This document shows, piece after piece, positions 61,611-64,000 of a stretch of DNA of 64,000 nucleotides; the first letter of the stretch is position 1, and each line of letters starts with the position of its first letter. The stretch is from Camelus dromedarius (Eukaryota): contig NC_087437.1 of assembly GCF_036321535.1 (NCBI RefSeq), forward strand, positions 108,874,001 through 108,938,000, given 5' to 3'. A program made the position numbers and the translations under genes. The notes under the pieces were generated by a model, which saw nothing but the letters and a program-made list of their open reading frames with translations, was not told where the DNA came from and searched no databases.

Positions 61611-63973
61611 TGAGCTCATTTTACAATGTTGTGCAATATAACTTCCCTCCTTGCATAAGAAAATCTGTATTGCTCTTTAATACTTTCATAAAAATTGGAA
61701 GAACTTGTAGTGGTGCTGAGTTAAGTGTCAGGCTGGGATGAAGACTTAGCTTGCAGGAGCCGGGGGCTGAAATGACAGCTGGCATCCTTTCACTCCCTGA
61801 AACACTGAACACTAAGGATTTTTGGCTTATTCTCTTTCAGTTGACACTACTTCTTAATTGTGTACAGTCTTGGAAATATTGTGATGTATTGCATGATCAT
61901 CCTGCTAAGAGCATATGAAGATACTGAATCTATCCTGAAATACTCCCTAACTTCCTGTACCCTTAGCATGATCCTGCTACCTGCACATAAAAATATCTTC
62001 AAATGTCCCACAATTAAGAAGTGCCAATAAAAAAGAAGTAAAGAAAACCCTTCCCCGTTAATAAAAAGCACTGCAAGGTGGCAAGCCAAGGGGGGAGGAA
62101 AGAGGCCTCTCTCTTCTTAAGAAAATTATATCTGTAAATTTCAGTTTCCCTTCTTAATTATAGCAGCAAAGGGCATTTATCCCTTTCCACAGCTACTCTC
62201 ATCTATACTCTTAGGCGTGCAAACACAGAGTCTCAGAATATTTAGGCTGTCATGTAGGTGACTATGCTGAATTCGTGGTTCTGGTACCTCCATGTGGCAA
62301 GTTATGGGCTGAAGATAGTGTAGCTTATGAGTGTTCATAAGGACAGGAAATAGGATGCGTGGAGTATTAAGGCTTTCCTGTGCGCAAATCCTTTAACTGG
62401 GCACAGATGATTTACTAGCAGCTTGGCTAGGGTGCCCAGAGTAAATTACTATCATTTCCCCTACTGTCACACCTGGTGATTTGCCAGTGTAACAGGTGAA
62501 AATTGATGAGAGGGTGGTGATTTCTAGGACATAGACTGGTGGAGCCAGGAGTTCTGAAGTCCTTTGGCAATGGCTTTATCTCATAGGGTGAGTTATCCTG
62601 TAATACGACTGGGCACTACTTTTCAATTTTGTTTCACTACGGAGAAGGATAATGGTTCCAACAGGCTGAGTTTATGCTGTGAATGTGTTCGTGGGGCAGC
62701 AGGGAAAAGTGCCACCCAGTGCAACTATTATTAGATTTTTCCATGGATTTAGAATACGACAGATGTTCCGCATGAAGGTAAATTTCATCCACCTCTATGT
62801 CAAACTTTACTTCCTTTAGAAAATCTCTTCTCAGAGGCTTCCTGATAAATAAGAAGGGCCATCTTATTTATCAACTAGATTTTATAGAATTTTGTAGTAC
62901 TGTCTAGAATTTCTTTTGCATCCTGTGTGGGGTCGCTAAATATGACACTCAAAGAAATCTGTGTTCTTGAAGAACACAATGAGAGCAGCAAGTAGTGAGA
63001 AATTCATTAGTTCTCGTTTACTAATATAAAATGAGTGAGGCTGTGACCCAGTCAGACACATAGTTTACAAATAAAGACTATTGTGAAGAAAGGATTAGAC
63101 GGAAGAGCCTATTTAACAATTAAGTCCTATTTTTCAGATGCTATGTAACATTTTTCTATAAATAATTGCAAAGGGTGCTTAAAAAGCTCTTTAAAAGACT
63201 ATTAACTTGTGTTTCTCAAGGTTGTGCTTTTGATAACATGTTGCTAATTAGACCTTAGAGTTACAAACTCAGGGAAAGCCAGTTCTTTAAAAATAATTTC
63301 TGGAAATAGGATTTTCAGCATGTTACGGTGAGAAAGGCTTGCATGCTGGCCTCTAATTCCCTCTTGGATGGGAGAAAAGCAAAGACACCAATCCTTCCTC
63401 TCTTTGGCTGCATATGTTATAAACATCGTTTCACTTGGGCTTTGGTCTTTCATATGGTTCATTCATCCTTGCAAGCATTATTTCCAGGTCAGCATAATTT
63501 CTTCAGTTTGGATACATTTCTCCAAAGAGAGCCTTACTCGTAGGGCTACTCCGCTCTACAAAACGAGATTATGCCTCTGAGCTACAGGAACAGAAAGCAA
63601 GAGGTTATTGAAACAGACCGCTGAAATACTGCCGCATCACGAACTCTCTAAAGCAGTTTAAGGTTTCTGGAGAGAGGGACAGAATTACTAGGGGACGTAT
63701 GTTCACTCCAGCACATAGCAGGTAACTGACATGTAGAGGGTCCCTTGGGTCTGGCTTAGGCCTGGAGATGCTCGTCAGTAACACTGGAATATTGGACCAC
63801 GTCTCTATTTGTAGTCAAGAAGAGTCAGCCGAACGAACTCTGTCTAGTGTTGACTGACAATGCTATTCTTGTGCAAAAAAATCTCCCTCTGAAGAAGGTC
63901 AGCAGAGCATAATGGTTGGTAACTTATTCTGATGCATGGAAATAGACTGATGTTTTTCTTCTTGTTTGCAAAG

Positions 63974-64000
63974 CCTCTGCCACCTTGTCATGACTCCATG
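63974..64000 (+). CDS. MAP3K7CL: MAP3K7CL coding exon, 5' part truncated by window end: PLPPCHDSM
   Basis: Acceptor 'tttttcttcttgtttgcaaag'; phase 0; continues LDQQLQ-PLPPCHDS, homologous to the TAK1 C-terminal LDHQLQPLAPC segment. Confidence 0.92.

Overview
Mammalian genomic DNA, most likely camelid (several Vic-1-like tRNA-derived SINEs and young cetartiodactyl-type L1 3' ends). The window covers the 5' and middle part of MAP3K7CL (C21orf7, TAK1 C-terminal-like) on the + strand. It has a 5'UTR exon (38525-38653), the ATG exon (40706-40814; MISTASVPADQPVRIAFSLDHAS), a 62-nt coding exon (53340-53401; DDTPPEDDTPLVFPELDQQLQ) and the first 27 nt of the next exon at the window edge (63974-64000; PLPPCHDSM). 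All three coding exons join in frame. Upstream lie an old RPL12 processed pseudogene (minus strand) and a frameshifted, donor-less homologue of an exon that is coding in the human long isoform (4224-4363). The rest is intron or intergenic DNA rich in MIR, L2, L1, hAT/Tigger DNA transposons and LTRs, with several nested insertions and one chimeric L1 retrocopy with perfect TSDs. No clearly new biological system is supportable. The most interesting signals concern isoform evolution and regulation of MAP3K7CL. Comparisons to human sequences and repeat consensus sequences are from memory, not from a search. Repeat boundaries are approximate unless TSDs or TIRs are quoted.
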